Positions 1 to 11,905 of a DNA stretch of 64,000 bases are shown piece after piece; positions within the stretch are counted from its first letter, which is position 1; each line of letters begins with the position of its first letter. The stretch comes from Fistulifera solaris. Taxonomy: Eukaryota. Location: positions 1,612,001-1,676,000 of the forward strand of contig AP026125.1 in assembly GCA_030295235.1 (NCBI GenBank). The letters run 5' to 3'. Below the pieces are notes generated by a model. That model ran no database searches. It was not told the DNA's origin and was given only the letters and a program-made list of their open reading frames with translations. The translations under genes were made by a program, and so were the position numbers.

Positions 1-1
1 G

Positions 2-925
2 ACGAATTCTGTTGCCTTTGCTGCCGGATGTCTGTTCGTTGTATTTATCCCGATCCTGCAATCCGTCGACATTGACCCCCGATACTTCCTTGCCGGTGGC
101 ATTTGTGCAGCCGCCAGTCACGGTCTGATGGTACCTGTGGACGTTATCAAAACGAGAATACAAGCGTCGCCTCTGGATTACAGGGATGGATTTTGGCATG
201 CCACCAAGACGATTCTCGAGAACGAGGGCGGTGCCGTATTGCAGCGTGGCCTGAGTCCTACTATAGTCGGATACGGCATCGAAGGGGCGACCAAATTCGG
301 ATTGTACGAATCCTTGAAACCAATTTTGTCGGTGTGTATTCCAACGGAAAGTACCACAGCCCCTTTATTACTTGGGAGTCTGTTAGCAGGAGGCACTGCG
401 AGTCTCATATTATGTCCTCTGGAACGAATACGGATACGGCTAGTTACAGATGATGACTACCGAGAAAAGAATCTAATGTCAGGGATGCTGTCGATTGTCG
501 AAAAGGAGGGCGTACTGTCGCTATTTCAAGGAGGATTCGCCGCCATGCTATCAAAGCAACTTCCTTACACCGTTGGAAAGCAGGTGTCGTTCGATCTGTT
601 TGCAGCATCGCTCTACAGCTCAGTGGCCTCTAATGATTGCAATGTGGTCATATTATCCGCATTCGGGGCGTCGATTGTTGCTTGTTTACTCAGTCAGCCC
701 GGAGATGTATTGTTGACGCAAACCTACCAAGATCGTGCAGAGGTAGATACGATCCCGAGTTTATCGGAAACGGCACGATCCATCTGGGTGCAACAAGGTC
801 CTTGCGGTTTCCTATCCGGTTTGTCCGCGCGTTTTTTACATGTTGGCTTCATCGTGCAAATACAACTCGTTTTATACGATGTGATCAAACAGTCGCTGGG
901 CCTACCAGCCACTGGATCAGCTTGA
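2..925 (+). CDS. Mitochondrial carrier family protein, phosphate-carrier-like (5' end outside window)
   Basis: Frame is open from base 2 (..RYFLAGGICAAASHGLMVPVDVIKTRIQ). Three Px[DE]xx[KR]-type carrier signatures: PVDVIKTR, PLERIRIR, PGDVLLT. Confidence 0.85.
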   Translation, partial: TNSVAFAAGCLFVVFIPILQSVDIDPRYFLAGGICAAASHGLMVPVDVIKTRIQASPLDYRDGFWHATKTILENEGGAVLQRGLSPTIVGYGIEGATKFGLYESLKPILSVCIPTESTTAPLLLGSLLAGGTASLILCPLERIRIRLVTDDDYREKNLMSGMLSIVEKEGVLSLFQGGFAAMLSKQLPYTVGKQVSFDLFAASLYSSVASNDCNVVILSAFGASIVACLLSQPGDVLLTQTYQDRAEVDTIPSLSETARSIWVQQGPCGFLSGLSARFLHVGFIVQIQLVLYDVIKQSLGLPATGSA

Positions 926-984
926 ATTCATACTTCGACGCCTCTCAGTTTTTGCAGTTTCAAGATCGGGAAGTTTGCTTTCTC

Positions 985-1130
985 CTTGTCGTTAAAGAAA
1001 GACGACCGACGCCGATAAAATTCATTGCTGGCTGCAGAGAGACTCGATCCTGATACCTTAACCCCCTTCATCTATGCGGTGGTTTTATTGGGAAGCCTCA
1101 AACAAATAGGCGGGACGAAGTTGCGTTCTG
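985..1130 (+). repeat. Copy 1 of a ~140 bp duplicated, hairpin-forming element
   Basis: Aligns by eye to 1701-1840, with shared core ATTCATTGCTGGyTGCAGAGAGACTCGATCCTGA. Confidence 0.8.
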
Positions 1131-1230
1131 ATGAGTACCGATGCGCAAGAATGAGAAAGGAGCTAGGGTGGTTTTGACTCGGCAGACAAATCCCGCGATG
1201 ATATTCGACGCTATTGGTGTCTGAGTCTGA
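1128..1230 (+). ncRNA. Candidate box C/D RNA with U3-3'-domain-like layout
   Basis: CTGATGA (1128), AGAATGAGAAA (1148), CGATGA (1196), CTGA (1221 and 1227). TACCGATGCG pairs with CGC(T)ATTGGTG. Confidence 0.3.
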
Positions 1231-1342
1231 GCCCTTCAAGAGTGAATTTGAGCAGAATAAACAGTAACGTTTTAGACCGTTGGCGCAAGTAATTCTTGTT
1301 TACCTAGTATTTGTTTCGAAACTCGATAAAGAATAAGACGAA

Positions 1343-1423
1343 CATCGAATATCATATTTGATCGTTGATCACCGAATACCAAACTTGATCTTTGATCATC
1401 AAATATCAAACTTGATCTTTGAT
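1343..1423. repeat. 3 x 27 bp tandem repeat
   Basis: catcgaatatcatatttgatcgttgat / caccgaataccaaacttgatctttgat / catcaaatatcaaacttgatctttgat. Confidence 0.85.
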
Positions 1424-1700
1424 AAGTTTGAAGGTCGACGATCATTTTGATGGACTTGATGATTGAAGTTCGACGGCTATCGATGTAATCGGACTTCAGT
1501 ATTAAGTTACCAAAGATATACATGAGACGAAGAAAGCGGCCTACTTAACTCTTGAATAGATCAGAAGATAGGCAATGTTATTGGGACGGGAACACGACTC
1601 GCCCCACGGACTCGATGCACTCCGGTCGATTGATGAGATGGGAACTCGTGCTGTGTTTCAGACGAAAGTAACAAAGTTATTACCGTTTGAGTAGGGTTCG

Positions 1701-1840
1701 CTTGTCTTAAACGACCGACACCGGCAAGATTCATTGCTGGTTGCAGAGAGACTCGATCCTGACACATTATCCCTACAAGTATGCGGCGGGCTTGTCAACA
1801 AGTCTCAAGTTATGCGGGATGAATGTGCACCTGCAGACAG
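1701..1840 (+). repeat. Copy 2 of the ~140 bp duplicated element
   Basis: Aligns to 985-1130. Confidence 0.8.
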
Positions 1841-1878
1841 TTAATTTGCGAATTATCGTGCCATGCTTGTTACGAATG

Positions 1879-2657
1879 CTATCGTACGGAGGTGCCAAAA
1901 ATGCGGTACAGTTCCACTTCTTGAGGGGCTTCAAATGAAAGGGAAATTTTCTCTACTTTTTCAACTAGCGGCGATGAAGCCATTCGCTCCAAGTATTTCT
2001 CGATTCCATCAAAAGTACGTCGCTCCACAACCGTCAGCATGAATGTGGCGGAACGCTTCCTTAGGAAAGCTTCTTGACATTCCGCTAGGTACTTCCAACT
2101 ATCTCCATACAGTGGCTCAAAGATACAATCACAGTTGAATACAACATCAAAAGCACCATGATGATCCATCAGCTTCTCAACTTCTTTCGCCGACCAATCC
2201 AGTGCTTCAACTTCTAGCGGCAAGTCTGGACGAGTTTCGAGCAGTGTTTTACAATTCGTTTCGAGTTGCGAAAGAAGGTCGTCTTGATCGGTCAAGACAA
2301 CTTCGCATTGCCGTGCCATAGCCAAAATCATTCCCGGTACACCCAAACCGCAACCCAATTCTACGACTTTTGTTGTCTTCTTCCATTCAATAGGAGCTTC
2401 TTCGCTCAACAGATATTGCAGGCCCACGACTGCCGCTCGCCACAGACGAGTCCCTGCCCATTGTGTTCCGTGAAATAGGGGCGCGATAGCTTGCTCGGAT
2501 AATTTCGTGGTGAGTTCGAACGGTGCTATATCCGGCCATTTGACGCGCAAGCCAATTTCCAAGCCCGTCCGCGAGCGAATGGACTCGACGTAATCGCAGT
2601 ATTCGTCGTCTTCCTCCCTCCCTCATCGATGTCTGCGGTATCTTCATCGTTTTCCAT
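1879..2657 (-). CDS. METTL21-like (family 16) protein-lysine methyltransferase
   Basis: Motifs GTRLWRAA, VVELGCGLGVPG, VVLTD, ALDW, DCIF. Probable ATG at 2657 (MENDEDTADIDEEE..), reached across apparent extra Gs in the GAGG run near 2615. Confidence 0.85.
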
Positions 2658-2953
2658 CTTTTTGCTTGTATCCATAGCTTGATCGTAGTTTGCTTCGTTT
2701 ACGCTGTAAACTTTCGTTATTGTAATTGTTCTGTTATGATTGCTGCTCCGGGTAATCTATGATTACGGAGTATTATCCGAGGTTGCAAATCAAACGGATG
2801 GGGGGACGTGACCGTGACGTCGGCTCTAGGGCGGTTTGCTCTATTTTTGCAACAAGTTAAAACAACCAAACAAATGATGTAAAACTACCACAAATAATAA
2901 TGTAGCACATAAACTAAGTTATTTCAATAACATCATAATACATCTATACTTTT

Positions 2954-5900
2954 CTATGCTTCCGAATCGAAGTCGTACGTATCACCGGCAGGACCCGCTT
3001 CTCGCGTGTCAATGTCAAGGAGAGAATGCGGAAATGAGATACTGGTCGGTAAACACGATCGGCCGCTCGTTTCCGAGTCGTCGTCTCGGGAAGCAACTTC
3101 GCCATGAATATATTGTCGCCTCGATGAACCCCACAAGCTAACGGTGCTCGAGCTCTGAGATGGTCCTCTCATTGCGGCTCTCGTCTTGTTGGTGATGTAA
3201 CTCGACCTTTCTGGTTCCGATTCATCACTATCTAAGATACATGCGTCGGAAGACGATGATTCAGTGTCATGACGACGAGTCAATGTAGAAGTTCCACGGC
3301 ATCCGATGTTGCCGCTCGGTTCGCGCGTGCTTTCATTCTTTACTTCCTCGGCGTCTGCCTCGTCTCTCGACATAATAATTCTGTCGCAATAAGTTTCTTC
3401 TTCTTCTTCGGTCCTTTCTTCTTCATTCCCCTCTGCTTCGACCCAGTTGACGTCTTCGGCTAAAGCATATGCACGAAGAGTGGCATGTTGGAGATCGATT
3501 GCGTCTTGAAGTAAACGGTCTTCAAGATCACCGAGGCGAAGAGCCAGCTTCCTTGTATCGCTGGCTGTATTGTACCCATTCCTTGACCATTCCCATTGTA
3601 CATATTCTTCAGCTTTGTGGGAAAATACCTTCGCATGGAGTTCCAAGAGTTCATGCATCTTTTTATTTAGAAGAGATGTTTGTTTCGCCTGTTGTGCAAT
3701 GTCGACGCGTAGTCGTAGTGTATTCGCATCCTCGTAAAAACCGCGTTCCAGTTGACTCGATATTTCACTCCAGATTCGACCTCCTTCGTCAAAGATACGC
3801 TGTGGTTCCATACTGTCGTCAGTCTCTAATCGCGGCGGTTTCTGAATAGCCAATTTGTCGAACAAGCATGTGTATCTTGGCTTCGGGAACAGCTCCTCTC
3901 TCTTTGTGTTGGGCAAGAAAACGCTGACAGAATCCATCGCGGGCAAAGTCTGTCGCAACTCATCAGTATCAGAACTATCGTCACGGGTAATAAGCGGACC
4001 TTCGTTGCGGCTCGAACAAGATGAGTGGAACGATCCGGCGAAGTACGGCTGGGGAAAATTGAGCGCTTCTTCGCTTTCTGAATCCGTGGTGCTGTTTTGC
4101 GAAGCTGTCCGAGTGCTTTCTCTAATCTTTAAGAAGGATGTATCGAAATTGCCTTGTCTTGGGTCTCCAGTTGTTTTCAACGCATCCACCTTTAATTGAT
4201 CTGCACTGGTAACGGGGCGGTCTTTTTGAACTACGCCTTCTACGCGATGCTGCACCACAAAGTCCTTCACATCTCCCTTACTCCACAACACCCTGTCGGC
4301 GTCCAACTTCAATGCTCGAAGTCCGTTGTAGGAACGATCGCTGTCACTCATTTCCAGCAGCATCTTGAGGATAGATAGTTCGATATTCCATTCTGTTGTG
4401 CCGTTTTTTGGCTTGTTCGATAGTCGTAGCTTGCTTTGACTTGCTGCAATGAATTGTACAAGTTCATCTGCTGTACTTGATGAAGCTTCCGATATTGACA
4501 TATCACCTTTTGAAGAAATTGAGCTGTAATACGTTCCAGCTTCCTTAGCGGCATCGACCCATTTTGGTGGAATTGCAGCTACGCTACCGTCAAGCAAGAT
4601 CGAGACCATAATGGACAAGGCTTTTTCTCCGCGAAGTTGTAGCATACCAATCAGCATCAAAGGCAGAAGCTTTGTCACTAAGTTTACCGAGTTGTTGAGA
4701 ACAACTGGATACTTATCGGTCTCCTTTGATAGCACTGGAATACCAGTTAGTTCGTCGATCAAGTATAAATACGCTTCTCCAGGCTCATAAAGCGACAAAA
4801 GAGTCTTTTCGTTTTCTTTCACAGCTTCGTATGCCTTCAATCGGATTGGGTTTTCATCGACACCGTACAAGGATGCGCCGTAATACTGAGTTGATTTAGC
4901 GTCAAGATAATAGAGTAAAGATCGAGGATCTGTCATTTCAAGCAAATGATCAGCGAATTGTAGAGCAACATCTACAGAATTCGGAGACTCGACGCCAAGA
5001 GCTCCTTCGTCGTTCACTGATAGCCTATAGGGAAGGACGATGAACGAGGTTGGAAATGAAATTTCATTCACATCGAAAATAAGTCTGCATAGATGGTTCA
5101 ATGTCCCTTTCTCAGAAAAAGACTGTCGCATCATTTGTCTTTCATTCCAAACACTTGATATCGAAGACACTGGTTTCGAGTTCATTTTAACCGATTTCTT
5201 TTGACCTTCGTCCGTGAGTGATGTACTATTTTCCGAGAGCTTATCGAGTCTTCTCTGCAAAACGGTGATGCAATGACGACAAGCAATGTCAAACACGCAC
5301 TCTCCTTTTTCATTTTTTAAGGAGATGAGATAGGTTAACGCTTCAAGATCAAGGGCGTTGGCAATTCTCTTCACACTGTTCAAGTAAGTTACAGCCCCAG
5401 ACTTGTCTTCGGAGAATGTGCACATCCATATCCAAATGCGTTCGCTTGCGTAACTCATGCATCCCTTTTCGCTTTGAACTGCCTGTTTCGCTTCATGCTC
5501 TATCCGGGCTTCAAGACGTCGTATTCTTGATTTCTCATAGCGATAGGGACTTATCGGGTAGAAAGCAAATAAGAGATCAGACCTTCGTATACAATCTTCC
5601 ATGTCTTGCTTTTTTGACTGCAGCGATGCCGACCACGAAAGCTCAGTAACTGCGGCTGCCCTTTGGATTTCCCATTTGGGGAAATCTGTCGATAAGAGGT
5701 CATGCAGCTCCATTGGAGTAACATGATTCGGTACGAACGTTTTCATTTCTCCGAGATCGCATTTGATAGATGCTGCTTGTGGGTAGGCTTTTAAAACAGC
5801 CCGAAGGGTTTTCACAGATGAAGTGAAGATTGATGCGATATGAAGGGGGAAAATCTTTCCAACACTTCCCGGTAATTTACACAACGAAGGACTGAAAATA

Positions 5901-7904
5901 ATCGGTTCCAAAACAGCCTCAATGCTCTCAGACATTAGTTGGTAAAGATAGGTGATTGCCACCGCTGTCTTTGAGTTGCTCTGTTGATCTTTTGCCGCTT
6001 CCTCGTAGACAGCTTCGTACCATTGAGCCTCCCAACACATGAACGCACGAGCAAGCAGATGTACTGGAAGGTCTCCAGCAGCGTCTCGACACAGACATGC
6101 ATCGGAATACAGATTTTGGACGTAAAAGACAATGTCCCTGAAGCTACCCACGTCTTGCAAAAGTAAGCGCATCCTTTCCCTCACCGGTATTGCGGACCTA
6201 TCTGGAAACTGTCTGTCGCATAGCACATGAAGCGGTAAGCGTTTATCGTGATGCCTTTTAATCTGAATATATTCTGGATTGAAGCTCAAGAAGTTTCGGA
6301 TGTGGTCAACTGATGCGTTAGTGTTCGCAAGTACTGTGAATAAATCCTCAATCGTTCCTGTGTCACTCAAAAAGTCTATGTTCTTCTCGTCACTTAAACC
6401 AGCTGCGCTGTTGTAAAAGTCTAAGGCAATGCTTCCAAATGCAGAAACTGCCGCGGACAGCCAATCACTGGAAAGTCTTGAGTACGACTGGCCTGGTCCC
6501 TTGTGTTGAGTATGTACTTGCGACTGTGTTCCCCGGGAGTCCTCTTGGTACGGTTTCTCGGAACCGACATCCACGCCTGAATTCGAAAAGTTTCCCATTA
6601 CACCACTTCCCATGCGACTTAAAGCATTACCACCATCCAGAATGACCTCACTCGCTGCACCAAACACGTCGCTCCCTGCTGTGAAAAGCATATCTACTCC
6701 GCTAAATGCTTTGCCGACTTCACCGTCCACATTGTTCAAAGCCGGTTTATCGACCGGGCTACCCGCCTTCTTGTTAACAGCATTAGACGTAGAGTCAGGA
6801 GTTTTTTGGTCAGCTTTATTGCGCCCCGAACCAAAACCCAAATCCATACTCTCGAAAGACCCAAGAAAATCGGGAAAAGTCTTTTCCAATGCACTGTCAA
6901 GAGCATTGTGAGCGATTGCGTAGGTGTCTGTGCACAGATTGTAATCGGTCACTGCTTGTTGGTCGATATCTGCTGCGTCATCATCAGATTCGTCGGTCGA
7001 CGTTATCTCAGGCAAGTATTTTCGAGTCGACGGCGATGTAACGAATAACATTTTGACTTCATTTCTTTCACACTTCGCGGAAGATATCGATGAGTAATCA
7101 TAGCTATAAACATCACTGCATGATCCGCTTTTGTCTTCTTCTTTGGTGTCACTGTCACTCCCCCTCAAAATCTCTCAGCAAATTCATCGGTGCTAATACG
7201 TCTGGAAACTCGACTTTGTCTGATTCCTCTTCATCCAACTCGCTTTGATCGAAACATAGCTTCGATCCAGAGCTGTTGAATCTGAATACCCTCCACTTCT
7301 TAACGATCTTGCTCGTCTTATACGGTGCCTTTTTTCTTAGTTTCTGCTTAGCTCGCAATGATGACGTTTTCGATGCGCAAACGGATCGTACGCTCGAGCC
7401 CGACGAAAATGATCTTGATTCATTGTCTCCGTAAGTATTCTTCAGCTCACTGTTGTAAAAGCTGTAACTAAATGCTGATCTTGAATGTAAAATCTCCATT
7501 TCTTGCTGTTGCCTTTTCTCTAACTTTTCCTTTCTTTGTTTCGCTGTTTTAGGAATTAGTCTCCACTTTTTCTTGTCTCGATTCTCCTGCATTTTACGAT
7601 ATCGCTTCGCAGCCCTTTTAGCGGCATGCTTCGAAGCTTTTACACCAACCCCTGCCGCATGATATATGACCTCAAAACCGAGACTGGGGAGCTCTTCACG
7701 AAGCGGCAGCTTCGGAGGGGTGTCAGTCAACAGGGTCGCGCAGATGTCCACATCAAAACTTCTAAGATTCTGTTCCTTTCCGGAGTTCATAGTGTGGCTT
7801 GTTTGCCCTATTTGACGTCGTTCTATTATTTTTAGCGAATTGTTTGCATTGAATAGCATTACCACAAGGTTCATAACGATGAAAGATAAAAGAAGACCGT
7901 CCAT
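2954..7904 (-). CDS. Large hypothetical protein with ankyrin-like PLH repeats and C-terminal coiled coil
   Basis: 1404-aa ORF plus an overlapping upstream ORF joined at the poly-C near 7160. Repeats RLPLHVLC, GDLPVHLLA, IFPLHIAS. Confidence 0.65.
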
Positions 7905-8221
7905 GCGGTTTGTTGTTTCGGTTGAGCAAAGATGGAGTGAGATAGTTGCAGCACGACCGGCGTGCTTGATTTCATTGTGACTACTCGCCAACTCGTGTGT
8001 GACACCGCGTGCACTGAAAATATTTAAGGAAGTTCAACTCTAAGTAGGCGAGTTGATGGTCTAAGTAAATATGAGTATTTAATAGAAAAGCAATCGTTGA
8101 GAAAAGATTATAAAGAGTTCAGTACACTTTGAAACCATATTACTGGACGACCCCAATAAAAATCTTCGAATGAAAGCATAACAACATTCAGCCTCACTAA
8201 TTCATTTCATAACGACTTTCT

Positions 8222-10157
8222 TCAGCTTTGCTGATTAACCAACTCTTCAGCAGGCATTTCAATGCGAGGGAAGATCCCCTCAGGTTTGGGTATGGCGGAT
8301 CCTTCCTTGATTCGATAAGCGTCATCTAGATGGGAGAAAGTTCTTTCTTCCTTAGGAACGGATAGCGCGTCAAGGATTTTGTTAGCAGCCTCCGGAATCA
8401 AGGGTTGATATAAAATTCCAACATGCCTCAAGACTTCCATTATCACGTACAAAACAGTGGCCATGCGATCGGGGTCTGTTTTCTTCAACGACCATGGTTC
8501 CATCTCATCAATGTATTTATTCGTTTCCCAAACCATTCTTACCATCAACTCAACATACTTGTGGATGGCCTGAACTGCGATTTCTGCTGCCGCTTTTCCC
8601 CGCAACTCACGAGCTGATGCTAGCACAGCATTATCAGCCTCCGTGAAAGGATCGACAGTCGTTGGAACAGCCTTGTCACAATTTTTGAACACCATGGATA
8701 ATGTTCGTTGACAAAGATTACCCAACTCATTCGCAAGATTCGTATTGACCTTTGTAATCATAGCTTTGTCGGAAAAATCGCCATCGTTACCGAATGAAAC
8801 TTCAGCCATGAGAAAGAACCGTGTTTGATCGACACCGTACTAACGAAGAAAGCAAAAATTAGAAAGCCAATCCTTATCGACACATGTGACGCCTGACTAA
8901 ACGCACCTTATTCACAAGATCCACAGGGTCAATAACGTTCCCAAGAGATTTCGAGATCTTTTGCCCATCCTTAGTCCACCAACCATGCGCAAAAAGTCGT
9001 TTCGGTAGTGGCAAATCAGCTGCCATCAAAAAGGCCGGCCAGTAGATGGCGTGAAATCGAAGAATATCCTTACCGACAACATGCAGCGCAGCGGGCCAGA
9101 ATGTTTCATATTTGCCTCCGGTTTCTGGGTATCCAAGAGCGGAAATATAGTTGGTGAGCGCATCGACCCATACATAGAAGATGTGATTGGGATCCTGCTT
9201 CATGGGAATTCCCCACTTGAATGATGTGCGACTCACTGACAAATCTTTGAGACCGCGCTTCACAAAGGACACTACTTCGTTGCGACGTGACTCAGGAGCG
9301 ATAAAGCCAGGATTTTGCTCATAAAACTCAAGTAATTTTTCTTGGAACGCCGAGAGTTTAAAAAAGTACGATTCTTCTTTGGCTACCCATTCAACTTCGG
9401 CTCCGGTAGGTGCTTTGCCATCAACCAGCTCCGACTCGGTGTAGAAGCATTCGTCGCGAACACTGTACCAGCCCTCGTAGTTGTCTAGATATATGTAGCC
9501 ATTTTCCACCATTTTATCAAACAATTCCTTGCCAAGATGTTGTTAGTCAGAAAGCAACTTCGCACGCCAGGTCACAAGATCTTGAGACTTACCAGCACCG
9601 CCCTTTTGTGGTGATCTTCTGTAGTGCGGATAAACGAATCATTTGAAATATTGAGTAGTTCTAGTAAATCCCGAAAATTGACACTAACCGAGTCTACGAA
9701 CTCTTGCGGTTCCATCCCCTTTGATTTTGCCGTTTGCTCGACTTTTTGACCGTGCTCATCTGTTCCGCTTAGAAAGAATACTTCACGACCCGATAACCGC
9801 ATGAAGCGAGCAATGACGTCGCAAGCTGACAAGGGAGAGAAAAGTAAGACGAAAAAGTCAGCGAATATTGTTGTTGATAGTCCATTACAGATGACAAGGC
9901 TTCTTTTCGGGAATGTGAAGCTTACCGATGGATGTATAAGCATGCCCGATATGCGGCTTATCGTTCACATAGTAAATAGGTGTTGTGATTTGAAAGGGTC
10001 GCTTTCCATCATCAAAGGATGTCGCCGTTGTACCGAGAGAACTGTAGAGCCGCGTCCATTTGGGTAACAAAAGACGATGGGAAGGGGCCGTGAAGGCCGA
10101 AACGGTCCGCGTGGCCGACAGAGCCAATAGGATCATGGTTTTAGAAACGGTCAACAT
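8222..10157 (-). CDS. metG: Methionyl-tRNA synthetase, organellar (bipartite plastid presequence), 3 introns
   Basis: [18 protein letters not shown] (HIGH-like), [23 protein letters not shown]. Presequence VSAFTAP. GT-AG introns at about 9826-9924, 9528-9591 and 8840-8907. Confidence 0.95.
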
Positions 10158-10332
10158 CAGTCGTGACTTCCAGGCAACTCAGTTAGTACTTTTGATAATC
10201 AACAAAGTCAAGGTGGTAGTAAACGGCTCACTTTTTTTGCCTTGTGTATCATGGTGGATCGAACTTTTTTTATGTTGTTTCGATGATGTGTTTCTGCCGT
10301 AATAACTAACGCACGAACGCAGATAATTAGTG

Positions 10333-10422
10333 TATAGGACCAAAGTGTTGGTTCAACTTAAACACGACAGTAACCAGTAACCAACTGTGCTACTCAGTCG
10401 GTGTGACTGCTTTTCAGTCGCG
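10333..10422 (+). repeat. Palindrome-repeat family copy (left flank of LINE)
   Basis: TATAGGACCAAAGTGTTGGTT...GTGACTG-ctttt-CAGTCGCG matches the reverse complement of the 49.6-51.4 kb unit. Confidence 0.8.
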
Positions 10423-11905
10423 AATTAAAATTAAAATTGAGAGTTTAGCGTACTTATTTCCTATCCCTATGACAGAACCGAAACACAATCTGTCCCTAGA
10501 CAATGTCTAGGATACAGGTTGCCGAGACATCGCTGAGGCAATGAGCAAGGGGGCTGCCATCTGATTCAGAATAAATAGTGTGGCCAGGTCCGTCGGCCGG
10601 GTGATTAATTTGGTTTCGCATGAAGCGCCGATTCTGGTGGAGAAGTGAAGGCTTGTGTGTTGTTTGGATGTTCTTGGTTCAAGTTTCCTCTTTGCTGCTG
10701 TTGTGGTGTGATTTCCGATGCTGATGGGATGGTTTCTGGAGTTGTGAAGGTAAGTTGTAGCTGGAGTCGCTCGTTTTTCTCTTTCCATATCGTATGGTAT
10801 CTAAGGATGTTTGCGCGGTGATTGACTAACCAGGAAGTTAGATGATTGTTGTCCAATAGAAGTCTCTGCCTCAAGGGCCGAGAAAACGGGTATTTGATGT
10901 CGCATTGGTCCTTTAGACCGCATAAGGCTGTTACCGTTTGTTGCAGATTATATCGTGTCGCCCGTTCTGCGGCTGTTTGCTTGGATGTGTCTACTAAGCT
11001 TGATCGGATTTTCCACGCTTCGTAGGTCTCCATTATAATATACTTGCAGAGCTTCTTTGCCCACGTTCTTCCATTGTTCGAGTGGGTTAGTTCATTCATA
11101 TTTCAAGATGATTTGAAACTTGGTCATCCCACTCTTGCGGGATTAGGCCTTTCATCCATAAATCGACGTTGCTGTCAGCTAGGGTGCCGTTGAACCAGTC
11201 TTTAATGTTCTGTTGAATCTCTCTGCTTAGGTCGATTGGTGTATTGTTTTCTCTCAATGTGTCCAATAGTCCGTCAAGAAACCGATGTCTCCAATTGCTG
11301 AGTGCCGGGCAACGCAACACATGGTCGAAGCATTCGGTTTTTGCAGGGCAATGTGGGCATCTCGGCGATGAGATTTCGTTGCATTTATGGCGCTCTCGTT
11401 TGTTTGAATCCAATTGCTAAGTCGTTTTGCGACGAAGGCTTTTAGTTTGAATGGGATTTTTCGTCGTGCTAATCGGTAGGCTGTCCAGTGCAACGAGTTA
11501 TAATCGTCTTTTGAAAGGTTTAGTTTGTCCCGGAGGTATTGCAGTCCTTGTTCTCTGCCCGCTTGGGCTCTTAGTTCGCTTGAATACTGGCTGGTTAGAA
11601 GTTCATTATCGAGTAGTATGTAAGCAAAATTGCCTAATGGGATCGGTACTGAAGAGGCAGTTCGCTGCTGGAGTGCCTTTGTAGCTAGATTGTCGGCTTC
11701 GACATTTAGTTCGCGCTAGCCAAGAGAGTTTTTCAATGTCCTCGTTATCGTCTTGGTGCCCATGGACATGTTCGTGCGTGATGTTCGGGATGTCCTTGTA
11801 CTGCTCAATTGTTAGTTGTATCACATCCATATCTGGGTGGAGCTGATCGTGGGAATTCGGTATTTCAATTTTCTGGATGTATTGTTCCTTTTTTAGAAGA
11901 GCTTC
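10423..11905 (-). mobile_element. 5'-truncated non-LTR retrotransposon (RNase H C-terminus, CCHC knuckle, 3' UTR, AATTTT tail)
   Basis: Frameshifted pieces: PDMDVIQ..HVHGHQDD..LSW (RNase H end), CPHCPAKTECFDHVLRCP (zinc knuckle), YEAWKIRS. The minus-strand 3' end reads caattttaattttaatt. Confidence 0.8.

Noticed and set aside
1128..1160. Hammerhead ribozyme core (CTGATGAG...GAAA)
   Set aside because: No stem II closes between CTGATGA and GAAA, and there are no matching stems I or III.
1536..1660. U1 snRNA-like words (TACTTAACT, GATCAGAAG, TGCACTCCGG)
   Set aside because: The 5' end lacks ACTTACCTG, the spacing is wrong and there is no Sm site at the expected position. The local hairpins may still belong to the candidate ncRNA cluster.
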